From Candidatus Anstonellales archaeon (lineage in GTDB: Archaea > Micrarchaeota > Micrarchaeia > Anstonellales > J096): DNA of 64,000 nucleotides. Below the pieces are notes generated by a model. That model saw only the letters and a list, made by a program, of their open reading frames with translations. It made no database searches and was not told where the DNA came from. The number at the start of each line of letters is the position of its first letter. Position 1 is the stretch's first letter. A program made the position numbers and the translations under genes. The stretch is taken from positions 1 through 64,000 of the forward strand of contig JAWACY010000001.1 in the NCBI GenBank assembly GCA_038896535.1, given 5' to 3'. Of this stretch, positions 1 through 9,654 are shown one piece after another.

Positions 1-145
1 GAATAGAATACATAGAAAAATTATGGAGGAGGTTAGGGGGCAGGCGCAGAAGTTTATATAATTAAAAGCAAAGTATAAAAATTAATATGAAGTAAATTAA
101 TAGAGCTGGATAAATTACATAAACTTTATTGATTAGGGAGATTTT

Positions 146-1345
146 ATGCCATTCTATGCGATTGATAAAAAAGAACTTTTTTCTGAAATTGAAACGAATA
201 AAAGGAATGTAGTACTTATATTTTTAATAACATTTTCTACTTTTATTTTGGCCTTTCCTGTAGTCACTTTGTGGTTGTTTGTGCCTGCTTTAAATTATGA
301 GAAGATTGAACTTTTACTTCTTTCGCTTTTAACTTATTTAGGTCTTTTTATGTGTCTAGCAGTCATTATTTTTATTTGGAATGATCCGCTAAGGGCATTT
401 AAACTGTTATTAAATAATAGGCAGGATATAATACAACTCACAACGCCAAATACAGAAGAAGAAAAAATGTTGTCTGATATTGTTGATGAGATAGTAATTG
501 CAGGATTAGTAGAAAAAAGGCCTGAAGTCTATATAATTGAAACTGATGAACCGAATGCTTTTGCTGTTTCAAAGGGCAATGATTCAATAATAGTTGTTAC
601 GAGAGGTATAATGAAGCTTATGAATAGGGCAGAACTTTCGGCTGTTATTGCACACGAACTTTCACATATTTTAAATAAAGATTCAGAAGTCAAGCTATTA
701 ATCTTTTTGTTCGAAACCGGCTTACTCACTATAACTTTTTCACTTTTATTATCTGATGTGATTATGGGGTTGGGGGGGCGGTTTCCTTTTAGTTTAGGAC
801 CTAAAAAAAGATCGATTAGTTGGACATCCCTTCCCGCATTACTTAGTCTTTTATTTATTCTTTTATTTAGTCTTTTATTTATTTTAATTTTTGTATTTAT
901 ACCCTTCTTTATATTATTCTTCACAATGATGAGCAAGAAACAAGAAAGGAATGCGGATATTAGGGCAGTAAGGTTAACAATAGATAAAGAAGCTTTAATA
1001 AGTGCCTTAAGAAAGTTAGGTGATTATGAAAAATCTGAACTGGAAAAAGTGGCGCCTCTAATAAATGTTCTAAGAAAGTTAAATAAGTGGGTCGCATCTG
1101 AACAGGCTAAAAAATTAAAACCCGGCATAGGGTCTTCTGAGATGGTCCAAAGAGCAGCAGAAGAACAAGAAATTCAAAAAGAACCTTATGGCAAGTTTAA
1201 ACTTTATAATTTTATTCCACTTTATATGTTTTTCTGGCAACCGGAATATTTATCATATTTAAGACGAACTACATTAAGACAAACTACAACACATACAAAC
1301 ATACCAATAAATGAAAGAATAAAATACATAGAAAGTGTTTTCTAG
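146..1345 (+). CDS. htpX: M48 family membrane zinc metalloprotease (HtpX-like)
   Basis: PNAFA motif, ELSAVIAHELSH (HEXXH), E-x-x-AD motif, several hydrophobic helices. Confidence 0.8.
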   Translation: MPFYAIDKKELFSEIETNKRNVVLIFLITFSTFILAFPVVTLWLFVPALNYEKIELLLLSLLTYLGLFMCLAVIIFIWNDPLRAFKLLLNNRQDIIQLTTPNTEEEKMLSDIVDEIVIAGLVEKRPEVYIIETDEPNAFAVSKGNDSIIVVTRGIMKLMNRAELSAVIAHELSHILNKDSEVKLLIFLFETGLLTITFSLLLSDVIMGLGGRFPFSLGPKKRSISWTSLPALLSLLFILLFSLLFILIFVFIPFFILFFTMMSKKQERNADIRAVRLTIDKEALISALRKLGDYEKSELEKVAPLINVLRKLNKWVASEQAKKLKPGIGSSEMVQRAAEEQEIQKEPYGKFKLYNFIPLYMFFWQPEYLSYLRRTTLRQTTTHTNIPINERIKYIESVF

Positions 1346-1517
1346 TTTCTTAATGAATGATGGTGGGGCGTGAGGCTAGTGGGAGTTATTAGGGTTAGGT
1401 GCTGGAATAGAGTTAGGTTATATAATATATATAATTAATAGTTTGTTAATGGTGTGAATGTTAAAGCTTGTGTGTGCTGTAATGTTTTTTATTCTTATCA
1501 TTGCTATATAGTTATAT

Positions 1518-1589
1518 GCCGGGATAGCGTAATTGGTAGCGTGGAGGCCTGTGGAGCCTTAGGTCCGGGTTCAAATCCCGGTCCCGGCC
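1518..1589 (+). tRNA. tRNA-His(GTG)
   Basis: Acceptor GCCGGGA/TCCCGGC, anticodon arm GAGGC-CTGTGGA-GCCTT, T-loop TTCAAAT; CCA not encoded. Confidence 0.95.
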
Positions 1590-1663
1590 TTTTAATCTAA
1601 TTAAATACTATAAAATATAAATGAAATATCTATTACTGCACATGCAAATTTATTATGAATTTA

Positions 1664-2671
1664 TTATCTTCCTTGGTCTTTTATTAAAGCCAATATATCA
1701 TGAATGCCAGCATTTGTTCTAAATCCCTTTGTTGAGAAGTGTGTTTTTGTTGCTTCATAACCGTTTTCTCTTAATGCATTTATTATATCGTTTGTTTTTA
1801 CTTGCTTTACTTTATATGTCTTTGCTATATGCTCAGTTGAATAAAACCATAATGTATCAAGTTCCTCCTTTATTATGTCAATTATTTTATTTGCTTCTTC
1901 ATCATAGCTCTTTCTCATATTTTTAACAAACTCTTTATCTTTTATTGCTGATTTCCATATTGGGCCTATGCCATCTGCATATCCTATATTTTTTAATGTT
2001 TCCATGGCATTATAATTTCCTCTTTCAATTTTTATTATTACTCTTATCGCATGTCTATAATAAAAGCTTATTAGGGGTTTTATGCCGGCATTATGTTCTA
2101 TTGCTATTTGAGCAATCTTTTTTAGCAATGTCCTTATTGCCATTTCATGACAGAAATAATTTCTTTCTAAAACCGTGCCATAATATTTCAATGCTGCATT
2201 TTTGTTAACACCACATAATACCTGCAAATCAGTAGCATTTACTGACAGATAACTGTATTTATTTTTAACTAATGTATTTATGCAAGGCCATAAATAAGGC
2301 ACTGGACTACCAAAAGGATCAAGCTCTATTGCATTGAACATACTTCCTTTTTCAGAAATTATGAATCTGTTAAAATCTGATTTTATTACTTGTCCATCAA
2401 TATTATTGAGTAATAAATTCTTTTTACAGCACTTTATTGCTTTTTCTGATATATCTAAAAATGATACTTGACATCCTGCTTCTATGTTATATCTTATACC
2501 CCTTGCCCCTGTTGCAGTAAAACCATCGAGCACATGTAGTTTATTATTCTCCATGCTATTTATAAGCTGAAAAGCACTTGTACATATACTTCTTGATATT
2601 CGCATGTGTGGATTAAAAAAAACGCCCTTGCATAAATAAATTTTCGCTTTACCTTCAACCAGCATTTGCAT
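1664..2671 (-). CDS. trm1: tRNA (guanine-26-N2)-dimethyltransferase
   Basis: VFFNPHM, ATGARGIRY, DPFGSP, VNATD and THFS-x-x-GFRT motifs of Trm1. Confidence 0.9.
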   Translation of the reverse strand: MQMLVEGKAKIYLCKGVFFNPHMRISRSICTSAFQLINSMENNKLHVLDGFTATGARGIRYNIEAGCQVSFLDISEKAIKCCKKNLLLNNIDGQVIKSDFNRFIISEKGSMFNAIELDPFGSPVPYLWPCINTLVKNKYSYLSVNATDLQVLCGVNKNAALKYYGTVLERNYFCHEMAIRTLLKKIAQIAIEHNAGIKPLISFYYRHAIRVIIKIERGNYNAMETLKNIGYADGIGPIWKSAIKDKEFVKNMRKSYDEEANKIIDIIKEELDTLWFYSTEHIAKTYKVKQVKTNDIINALRENGYEATKTHFSTKGFRTNAGIHDILALIKDQGR

Positions 2672-2680
2672 ATTTTCACA

Positions 2681-3229
2681 CTATTTATGCAAAAGCGATG
2701 ATATGGCGTTTGCTATTTTCTCTGTTTCATCATAACTCATGTTTCGCTGTTTCTTATGCATAATATATAATATAAGTTGATGTTCCATTTCATTAAAAGC
2801 TTTTATACATACATCTTCATATACATTATGCATATAAAAATGGCCATAACCATATATGCTTCTTTTCAGCATTAATCCTTTAACATCTTCTATTGACTCT
2901 TCAAAGCCCTTATCAGGTTTTATTATATAGGTGTTTTTTATAAATACAGGCTCGGTGCCAGAAAACTTGTCTACATTAATGATATGTTCTTGTTTTTCTT
3001 TTATGTCCTGAATTATTTTAAAGTTTCCGTTTACTTTTATTGCCTTTACAATTTCATCTTTGCTTAACTTCTCACCTTTCTCGCAAAATTTTTCATATTT
3101 TATTGGCAATAAATGTCTCTTACATAAGAGATGGATATTGTCTTCTTTTTCTTTAACACTAAAAAGCTTTATGCCTATTGTTATATTTGCTATTTTTAAA
3201 AGGCCTTTCCATGATGCCTTTTCCTGCAT
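2681..3229 (-). CDS. Short prokaryotic-type Ku (DNA end-binding) homologue
   Basis: SWKGLLKIANITIGIKLFS, IKYEKFCE, DEIVKAI and YIIKPD resemble the bacterial Ku motifs WKG..FGLV.IPVKLY, IRYKRVC, EIVKGY and YYL.PD. Confidence 0.7.
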   Translation of the reverse strand: MQEKASWKGLLKIANITIGIKLFSVKEKEDNIHLLCKRHLLPIKYEKFCEKGEKLSKDEIVKAIKVNGNFKIIQDIKEKQEHIINVDKFSGTEPVFIKNTYIIKPDKGFEESIEDVKGLMLKRSIYGYGHFYMHNVYEDVCIKAFNEMEHQLILYIMHKKQRNMSYDETEKIANAISSLLHK

Positions 3230-3277
3230 ATCTAATATTAAGAATGCATTTATAAATTTAAATGCTTTATTTATTTC

Positions 3278-5767
3278 ATGAACAACGGGCTTGGTTTAAC
3301 CTCTGCTCAAGCAAAGCAATTGCTAATGAAATACGGGAGAAATGAAATAAAAATACAGACAAGGTTTTTTGAAATACTTGCATCGCAGTTTACAAACCCG
3401 TTTGTTTTATTATTAATAGGCGTTGCAATAATAAGCCTTTTATTATCCGCACATGAAGATGCTATTATAATAGGCATTATTGTAATAATACATGCTTCAA
3501 TAGGATTTTATCAAGAATATAAATCAAATAACATAGCAGTAAAATTAATGAAGAAAATATCGCATTATGCCATGGTTTATAGAGACAATAAATGGGTAAA
3601 AATACATACAACAGAGCTAGTGCCAGCTGATTACATAAAACTTGAAGTTGGAGATAAAATTCCTGCTGATGTAAAAATTTTAAAGGCAGAAAATTTTAGC
3701 ATAGATGAAAGTATATTAACCGGCGAGTCATTTCCTGTAGTAAAAAAAGAAAACGATGTTGCTTATGCATCAAGCTTTGTCACATCAGGATATGCTGAAG
3801 CAGTAGTGATTGCAACTGGTAATCAAACATATATTGGCAAGACAGCATCTAAATTGAGCAAAAGGCAGATAACAGGATTTGAAAAAAGCTTGGCTGAGTT
3901 AAGTAATAGCATAATGCTTTTAACAATTTTAAGTTCTTTACTTATCCTTATTTTAAACATCTTTATAGGCAAAAGCATAGTTGAAACATTTCTTTTTTCT
4001 ATCGTGCTTGCTGTTGGTCTTATTCCTGAAGCATTTCCAATTGTTGTTACATTCTCTCTGGCATTGAGCGCACAGGCATTATCCAAGCATGGGCTCATAA
4101 TAAAAAAGTTGTCCTCAATAGAAACGCTTGGCAATGTCGATGTCATATGTGTTGATAAAACTGGCACATTGACAGAAAATACAATAAATGTCAGCAAGAT
4201 TGTTGATTTAAATGGTAAAGAAAATGGGCAATTATCATTATTTGCATGCTTATGCATAGAAGACATAAAGGATATATTAAAAGGAAAGCAAGATAAAGTC
4301 ATGAATGTGATAGATGAAGCAATTTACAATTTTGGAGTTCATAATAATATTTACAAAAATAGAGCCAATTATGAGCCAGTAAAGGAGCTTCAATTCGATT
4401 ATGTAAGGAGAAGAATGAGCGTTATTATAAAAAATGGAAATAATAAAAAATTGCTATTAATAACAAAAGGCGCTGTTGAATCAATAATAAATATTTTAGC
4501 CGATAATAATAAAAATGAGATAAAGGATGTTGCAACAAAGTTTACTGAGCAGGGTTATAGAGTTATTGCTATTGCTTATAAAGAGATAGAGAATGAAAAT
4601 GCAACAATAGATGATGAAAGGAATATGCATTTTCTTGGTTTTATACTATTAACAGACCCGCCAAAAAAAACAGCAAAAGATTACATAAAGATGGCTAAAA
4701 CATTCGGAGTAAGTGTAAAAGTGATAAGTGGAGATCATGCAAACACAGTAAAATATATAGCAAATAGTGTTGGGATTGAAATTAATAATAATGGCATTTT
4801 GACTGGCCAAGATATAGAGGTTTTATCAAAAAATTGGGAGGAATTCAAGAAAAAGGTTGAAGAATGCTCAATATTTGCAAGAGTCTACCCTGAACAAAAA
4901 CAACTTATAGTTAAAGCATTAAAGGAAAATGGCCACGTTGTTTGCTTTCTCGGGGATGGTATTAATGATGTATTGGCTTTAAAAGAAGCAGACGTTTCTT
5001 TATGTGTTGATAGTGCATCAGACATTGCAAAGGATGTTTCACATATTATACTCATGAAAAAAAATCTTGCTAGCATAATACAAGCAATAATAGGTGGGAG
5101 AAAAACATTCTTTAACATAGTTAAATATTTAAATTCCACATTTGTCGGGAATTTTAGCAACCTCTTTATTGTAGGCCTTATATCGCCATTCATAAGATTT
5201 TTACCATTAAAAACAAGCCAGGTGCTTTTAGTAAATTTCTTAACAGATTTGCCATTGCTTTCTATAGCAACAGATAATGTTGATGATGATGAGCTTATAA
5301 AACCACAAAAATGGGATGTAAGGGGCATATTACTCATATCTGCAATATTCGGATTATTAGCAACAATATTCAATCTTGTTTTATTATTCAGCATATCCTC
5401 TCAAAATGAAGATGTTTTCAGGACTATGTTGTTTCTTTATCTCTTATTCTCTGGCATTTTCGTAATATTCAATTTAAGGACATTTAAGCATTTCTATGAA
5501 TCTGAAATGCCAAGTTTAAGGCTTATATTAGCCAGCATTGTTTGCTTAGCTCTTGGAATATACGCAGTTTATTACATGCATTCAATATTTGGTTTTACAC
5601 AGATAACAGAGGAGCAACTAATGTTTATTTTAATCATAACATTAATTTTCTTCATATCAACTGAGATAGTTAAACATTACTATTTTGGCTTGATAAAAAG
5701 AGAAGTAGTAAAAGACCAAAAAGCACTTAACATTATAAGGAAAAAAATATCAAAAGAATTGCACTAA
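3278..5767 (+). CDS. P-type cation-transporting ATPase, probably Mg2+-importing (MgtA/B-like)
   Basis: LTGES, PEAFP, DKTGTLT phosphorylation site, KGAVE, PEQK, GDGIND. Confidence 0.85.
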   Translation: MNNGLGLTSAQAKQLLMKYGRNEIKIQTRFFEILASQFTNPFVLLLIGVAIISLLLSAHEDAIIIGIIVIIHASIGFYQEYKSNNIAVKLMKKISHYAMVYRDNKWVKIHTTELVPADYIKLEVGDKIPADVKILKAENFSIDESILTGESFPVVKKENDVAYASSFVTSGYAEAVVIATGNQTYIGKTASKLSKRQITGFEKSLAELSNSIMLLTILSSLLILILNIFIGKSIVETFLFSIVLAVGLIPEAFPIVVTFSLALSAQALSKHGLIIKKLSSIETLGNVDVICVDKTGTLTENTINVSKIVDLNGKENGQLSLFACLCIEDIKDILKGKQDKVMNVIDEAIYNFGVHNNIYKNRANYEPVKELQFDYVRRRMSVIIKNGNNKKLLLITKGAVESIINILADNNKNEIKDVATKFTEQGYRVIAIAYKEIENENATIDDERNMHFLGFILLTDPPKKTAKDYIKMAKTFGVSVKVISGDHANTVKYIANSVGIEINNNGILTGQDIEVLSKNWEEFKKKVEECSIFARVYPEQKQLIVKALKENGHVVCFLGDGINDVLALKEADVSLCVDSASDIAKDVSHIILMKKNLASIIQAIIGGRKTFFNIVKYLNSTFVGNFSNLFIVGLISPFIRFLPLKTSQVLLVNFLTDLPLLSIATDNVDDDELIKPQKWDVRGILLISAIFGLLATIFNLVLLFSISSQNEDVFRTMLFLYLLFSGIFVIFNLRTFKHFYESEMPSLRLILASIVCLALGIYAVYYMHSIFGFTQITEEQLMFILIITLIFFISTEIVKHYYFGLIKREVVKDQKALNIIRKKISKELH

Positions 5768-5811
5768 TAATAAACATTTTTAATTTGTTTCGCAATAAAT
5801 TTTTATAATAC

Positions 5812-6633
5812 ATGAAATTTATTGGGGGTAAAATGGGGGCAAAAAAGTTATTAAGAAAAACTGCTCTGCTATTGCCAACTTTAATACTTTTTATGCCAAT
5901 GAAAAAAAGCATAAGCCAAAATATAGAAGAAGCAAAAAATGAATGTTTTGAAAAAGAATTTGCTTATGACATAGCAAATAACCTCGGCTTATGGAACTTA
6001 AATTATTTTATTTCTGACAGCAGGTTTTGTTTGCATAAATATCTGCCTTTCTCATTTAAAAAAGGTGGAGAAAAGCCTTATGAAGAGTACAGGCTTGAAA
6101 TGAACATATATAGAAAAGTTGATCTTGCTTTATATGCATTAAAAAAATACGAAAAACTATTTTATGCTGCTGAAAAGTATTATGGCATTGATAAATACAC
6201 TTTATCTTCAATAATAAGCATAGAAACATCGTCTGGAGCATTTTTGGGCAGTTATAAACTTATCAATGCACTCTTCTCAATGTATTATCACAGTCCAAAA
6301 AAAGAATTTTGGGCCATGCAATTGCGCATACTCGATAAAAACGTTGGATTGCTTGATCCGTTTTTGCCAAGCTCTCCTGCCGGAGCATTTGGCATATGCC
6401 AGTTCCTGCCATCAAGCTTTGAAAGATATTCAATTGATTTCAATAAAGATGGAAAAATAGATTTATTCTCATGGCCCGATGCAATAGGCAGTGTAGCAAG
6501 ATTCCTCTATGCCCATGGTTATAAAAAGAATAGAGAAAAGGCAATACATGCATACAATCCATATAATAATTATGTGAAGCTGGTTATTGAAGTTTCAGAA
6601 CTTGTTAAATATAGAACAATGCAAATAGAATGA
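5812..6633 (+). CDS. Lytic murein transglycosylase, MltB/Slt35 family (SLT_2), with N-terminal signal-like segment
   Basis: Catalytic IET, AGAFGICQFLPSS, EF-hand-like DFNKDGKIDL, DAIGSVARFL, AYN..NYV; start may be the ATG at 5833. Confidence 0.85.
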   Translation: MKFIGGKMGAKKLLRKTALLLPTLILFMPMKKSISQNIEEAKNECFEKEFAYDIANNLGLWNLNYFISDSRFCLHKYLPFSFKKGGEKPYEEYRLEMNIYRKVDLALYALKKYEKLFYAAEKYYGIDKYTLSSIISIETSSGAFLGSYKLINALFSMYYHSPKKEFWAMQLRILDKNVGLLDPFLPSSPAGAFGICQFLPSSFERYSIDFNKDGKIDLFSWPDAIGSVARFLYAHGYKKNREKAIHAYNPYNNYVKLVIEVSELVKYRTMQIE

Positions 6634-6652
6634 CATATGCATTATTTATAAT

Positions 6653-7255
6653 TCACTTTCTGCTAGTTAAGTCAATCAATAACTCTAATATTTGTATTGG
6701 ATATTCATATTCATCTGTTTTGCTTATAAGGCAATTCACATTATCTATAAATTTCCTAACAGTGCTTGTTGCCATGTTTCCCTGAGCATAGCTCTCAAAT
6801 ATGATGCCTATTAATAAAGCAATCTTTTCTGGATTTCTTTCTTCATTGCATTTTTTCAACATTGATAATATATTATTTACTATTTCCTCCTGATGCTTTG
6901 GGCTGGCCTGCACAAGCATAAACTTCAGGAATGGCCTTTTATCGCTTTGCATTGATAGGTAAATATCTAACAACATCGGGATATAAAGCTTAAAATACTC
7001 ATCAGAAACTAACATCTTGCATTCCATTATTATCTTCTCTCTTCCGCCTTCTTTAAAATCATAAAACATCTCAAGCCCATAATCAAGCATTGACAGTATT
7101 TTTGCCTTATATTCTAAATTTTCACTTGCTTGCTTTACTAAATTTATATTAGCTCCTGCTCCCCCATTCCTTTCTTCACAATTTCTTTCTTTACAATTCC
7201 TTTCTTTATTTCTTTCTCCATCTATTTTTTTATTTTTATTTATTTCTTCCAACAT
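6653..7255 (-). CDS. Hypothetical protein with N-terminal ERN(K/C) micro-repeats
   Basis: 200-aa ORF filling the gap; ERNKERNCKERNCEERN. Confidence 0.6.
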   Translation of the reverse strand: MLEEINKNKKIDGERNKERNCKERNCEERNGGAGANINLVKQASENLEYKAKILSMLDYGLEMFYDFKEGGREKIIMECKMLVSDEYFKLYIPMLLDIYLSMQSDKRPFLKFMLVQASPKHQEEIVNNILSMLKKCNEERNPEKIALLIGIIFESYAQGNMATSTVRKFIDNVNCLISKTDEYEYPIQILELLIDLTSRK

Positions 7256-7310
7256 TATAACATTTTATTAATAAAAGATTTAAAAAATATTTATTCTCCA
7301 TTAAATTGGT

Positions 7311-8357
7311 ATGCAAAAAAAGATAAATGTTGCTTTCTTCACAGATAGTTATTTGCCAAACAAAGATGGAGTAGTTTTTGTCATAGAACTGCTAAGGACT
7401 TATCTGCCATTGTATAATGTAAATGTAAAAGTAATAATATCGCCAAACGTCCTTTTTTCAGTTCCACTGCCATTTTATAAAGATTATAAGTTTGCTTTTA
7501 TTATACCATCACAAGCAGAAAAAATATTAAGAGAAAATAATATAGATGCGCTGCATAATCATGGGCTTGGCCTAACAGCTTTGGCAAGTGTTATTGCTGC
7601 AAAAAAGCTTGGCATAAAAAAGATAATAACGTTCCATACTAATGTAGTTGATGCAACGCATTATCTCGGCATATTAGAAAAACCGGCAAAATATATAATT
7701 ACAAAATATTTAAGATGGCTTTTTAACATGCATGATATTATTATAGCATTATCTGAAAAATCAAAAAACATGCTTATTGACATTGGGGTAAAGAAACCAA
7801 TCTTAGTATTGCCGACAGGTATAGAAATAGAAAAAATAAGAATGCAAAAGAAAAAAAGCCGAGCAGCAAGAAAAAAAATAAATGATAGGATAAGAATATT
7901 GTTTGTTGGTAGAGTAGTAAAGGAAAAAAATATAGATGCTTTAATTGAATGCATAAATAAATCTGCATTAAAAGATAGAATTGAGCTGCTAATTGTTGGC
8001 GATGGCCCATATATGAATGAATTGAAAGAAAAATCTCCGCCTTATGTTAAATTCTATGGCTGGCTTGATAAAGAAAAGCTAAACTATTTTTATAAAAATG
8101 CTGATGTGCTTGCTTTTCCATCTTTGTTTGATACGCAGGGCCTTGTTGTTTTTGAAGCTATAGCAAATAGGCTTCCTATTTTAGCACTTAAAGGCACTTC
8201 AGCAGAGGAATATGCAAAGCATTATGGCAGCATTTTCACTTCTTGCAATGATTTTGATATTGCACTAAAAAAAGCTATAAAAAAGAACATAACTAATATT
8301 CCAAAATTTATTGATATAAAAGAAACATGCAAAAAATATGCAGAAATTTACAAATAG
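7311..8357 (+). CDS. GT4 family glycosyltransferase
   Basis: FTDSYLPNKDGV, FVGRVVKEKN, VGDGP, FPSLFDTQGLVVFEA. Confidence 0.9.
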   Translation: MQKKINVAFFTDSYLPNKDGVVFVIELLRTYLPLYNVNVKVIISPNVLFSVPLPFYKDYKFAFIIPSQAEKILRENNIDALHNHGLGLTALASVIAAKKLGIKKIITFHTNVVDATHYLGILEKPAKYIITKYLRWLFNMHDIIIALSEKSKNMLIDIGVKKPILVLPTGIEIEKIRMQKKKSRAARKKINDRIRILFVGRVVKEKNIDALIECINKSALKDRIELLIVGDGPYMNELKEKSPPYVKFYGWLDKEKLNYFYKNADVLAFPSLFDTQGLVVFEAIANRLPILALKGTSAEEYAKHYGSIFTSCNDFDIALKKAIKKNITNIPKFIDIKETCKKYAEIYK

Positions 8358-8377
8358 AAATCTACAAATAATTTCAT

Positions 8378-9607
8378 TCAATGTTTGATTTTTAACATTT
8401 TTATTAATTCATCTAATGCTATGTATTTTTCATTTCCATTGTCCATATCCCTCAATTTCATTTTTCCTTGCTCAAGTTCTTTTTTGCCGATTATTAATAC
8501 ATAATGAAAGCCCATATAAGAAGCATATTCTAATTGCTTTGACAATGTTCTTTTTCCAAGATTTATATCAACCTTTATGCCATTTTTCCTTAATGTCCTT
8601 GCTATATCAAATGCTTGCTTGATTGTATCGTAAAAAGTTGCAATGTATAAAGTGTCTCTTCTTTCAATTTTCTTTTCATTGCTGCCTTGGCCTTTCTTTA
8701 ATGCCCAGACTCTATCAACGCCTATGCTCCCGCCAACAGCATAATCTGCTTGGCCATAAATAGAAAGCAAGTTATCATATCTCCCTCCAGCAGCTATTGT
8801 TAAATTATTGGCTTTAAACTCAAATATAATGCCAGTATAGTAATCAAGCCCTCTGACTAAATATGGGTTTATGTCAGCTTTTATATTGCTCTCATTTAGC
8901 ATATTGATTAAAGAAGATACTGTAATGCTGCTCTCTTTATCATAATTTGACATAAACGCTATTTTCTCTTCATTTTTCTTCTTATATTCATCAATAATGA
9001 TCTTTACTTCTTCATAGGCATTCGCATTTTTTAAAGCATCTATCCAATCATTATATTCCATTTTATCATGCTTATCCAATATTCTAAATACTTGTTCTTT
9101 ATTCCTCAGCCCATGCTTTTTTGCAAATGATTCTAAAAATGCTATGTTGTTTATCTCAAGCTTGGCTTCAATACCTATCTCATCCAAGCATTCCTGTATG
9201 CAATTTATTATTTCATATTCTGCTGTTTCTTCTTTTACTCCTATAATATCTATATCTGCTTGTAAAAATTCTCTATACCTCCCTCTCTGGCTTTCCTCAT
9301 TTCTCCAAGCATTTCCTATTATATATCTCTTTATTGGTTTAATTAAATCTCTATTGCTTGCTATATATCTGGCCATGCCTATTGTTAAATCAAATCTTAA
9401 CCCTATATCTTCATTTTTTATTATGAATATCTCATCCTTTATTGCTTCTCCGCTTTTTGCTGTCAAAATATCAATTTTCTCAAGGCTTGGTTGTTCCATA
9501 GGAATAAATCCATACTTGCTGAATATTGATTCAATTTTCTCTATTATTGCTTTTCTTTCCATTGTTTCTTCAAATGAGTAATCTCTAAAACCAGTTGGTT
9601 TTTGCAT
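8378..9607 (-). CDS. hisS: Histidine--tRNA ligase
   Basis: GFRD, LRFDLT, GRYREFLQAD, RGLDYYTG, GGRYD. Confidence 0.95.
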   Translation of the reverse strand: MQKPTGFRDYSFEETMERKAIIEKIESIFSKYGFIPMEQPSLEKIDILTAKSGEAIKDEIFIIKNEDIGLRFDLTIGMARYIASNRDLIKPIKRYIIGNAWRNEESQRGRYREFLQADIDIIGVKEETAEYEIINCIQECLDEIGIEAKLEINNIAFLESFAKKHGLRNKEQVFRILDKHDKMEYNDWIDALKNANAYEEVKIIIDEYKKKNEEKIAFMSNYDKESSITVSSLINMLNESNIKADINPYLVRGLDYYTGIIFEFKANNLTIAAGGRYDNLLSIYGQADYAVGGSIGVDRVWALKKGQGSNEKKIERRDTLYIATFYDTIKQAFDIARTLRKNGIKVDINLGKRTLSKQLEYASYMGFHYVLIIGKKELEQGKMKLRDMDNGNEKYIALDELIKMLKIKH

Positions 9608-9654
9608 GTAAATATTTTGCCATAGATTTTTAAATCTCTTATTAAAATCAAATT

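Noticed and set aside
1346..1517. Degenerate copy of the palindromic repeat upstream of tRNA-His (GGGTTAG, GCTGGAA)
   Set aside because: Only 7-nt fragments match, and the inverted arms are absent.
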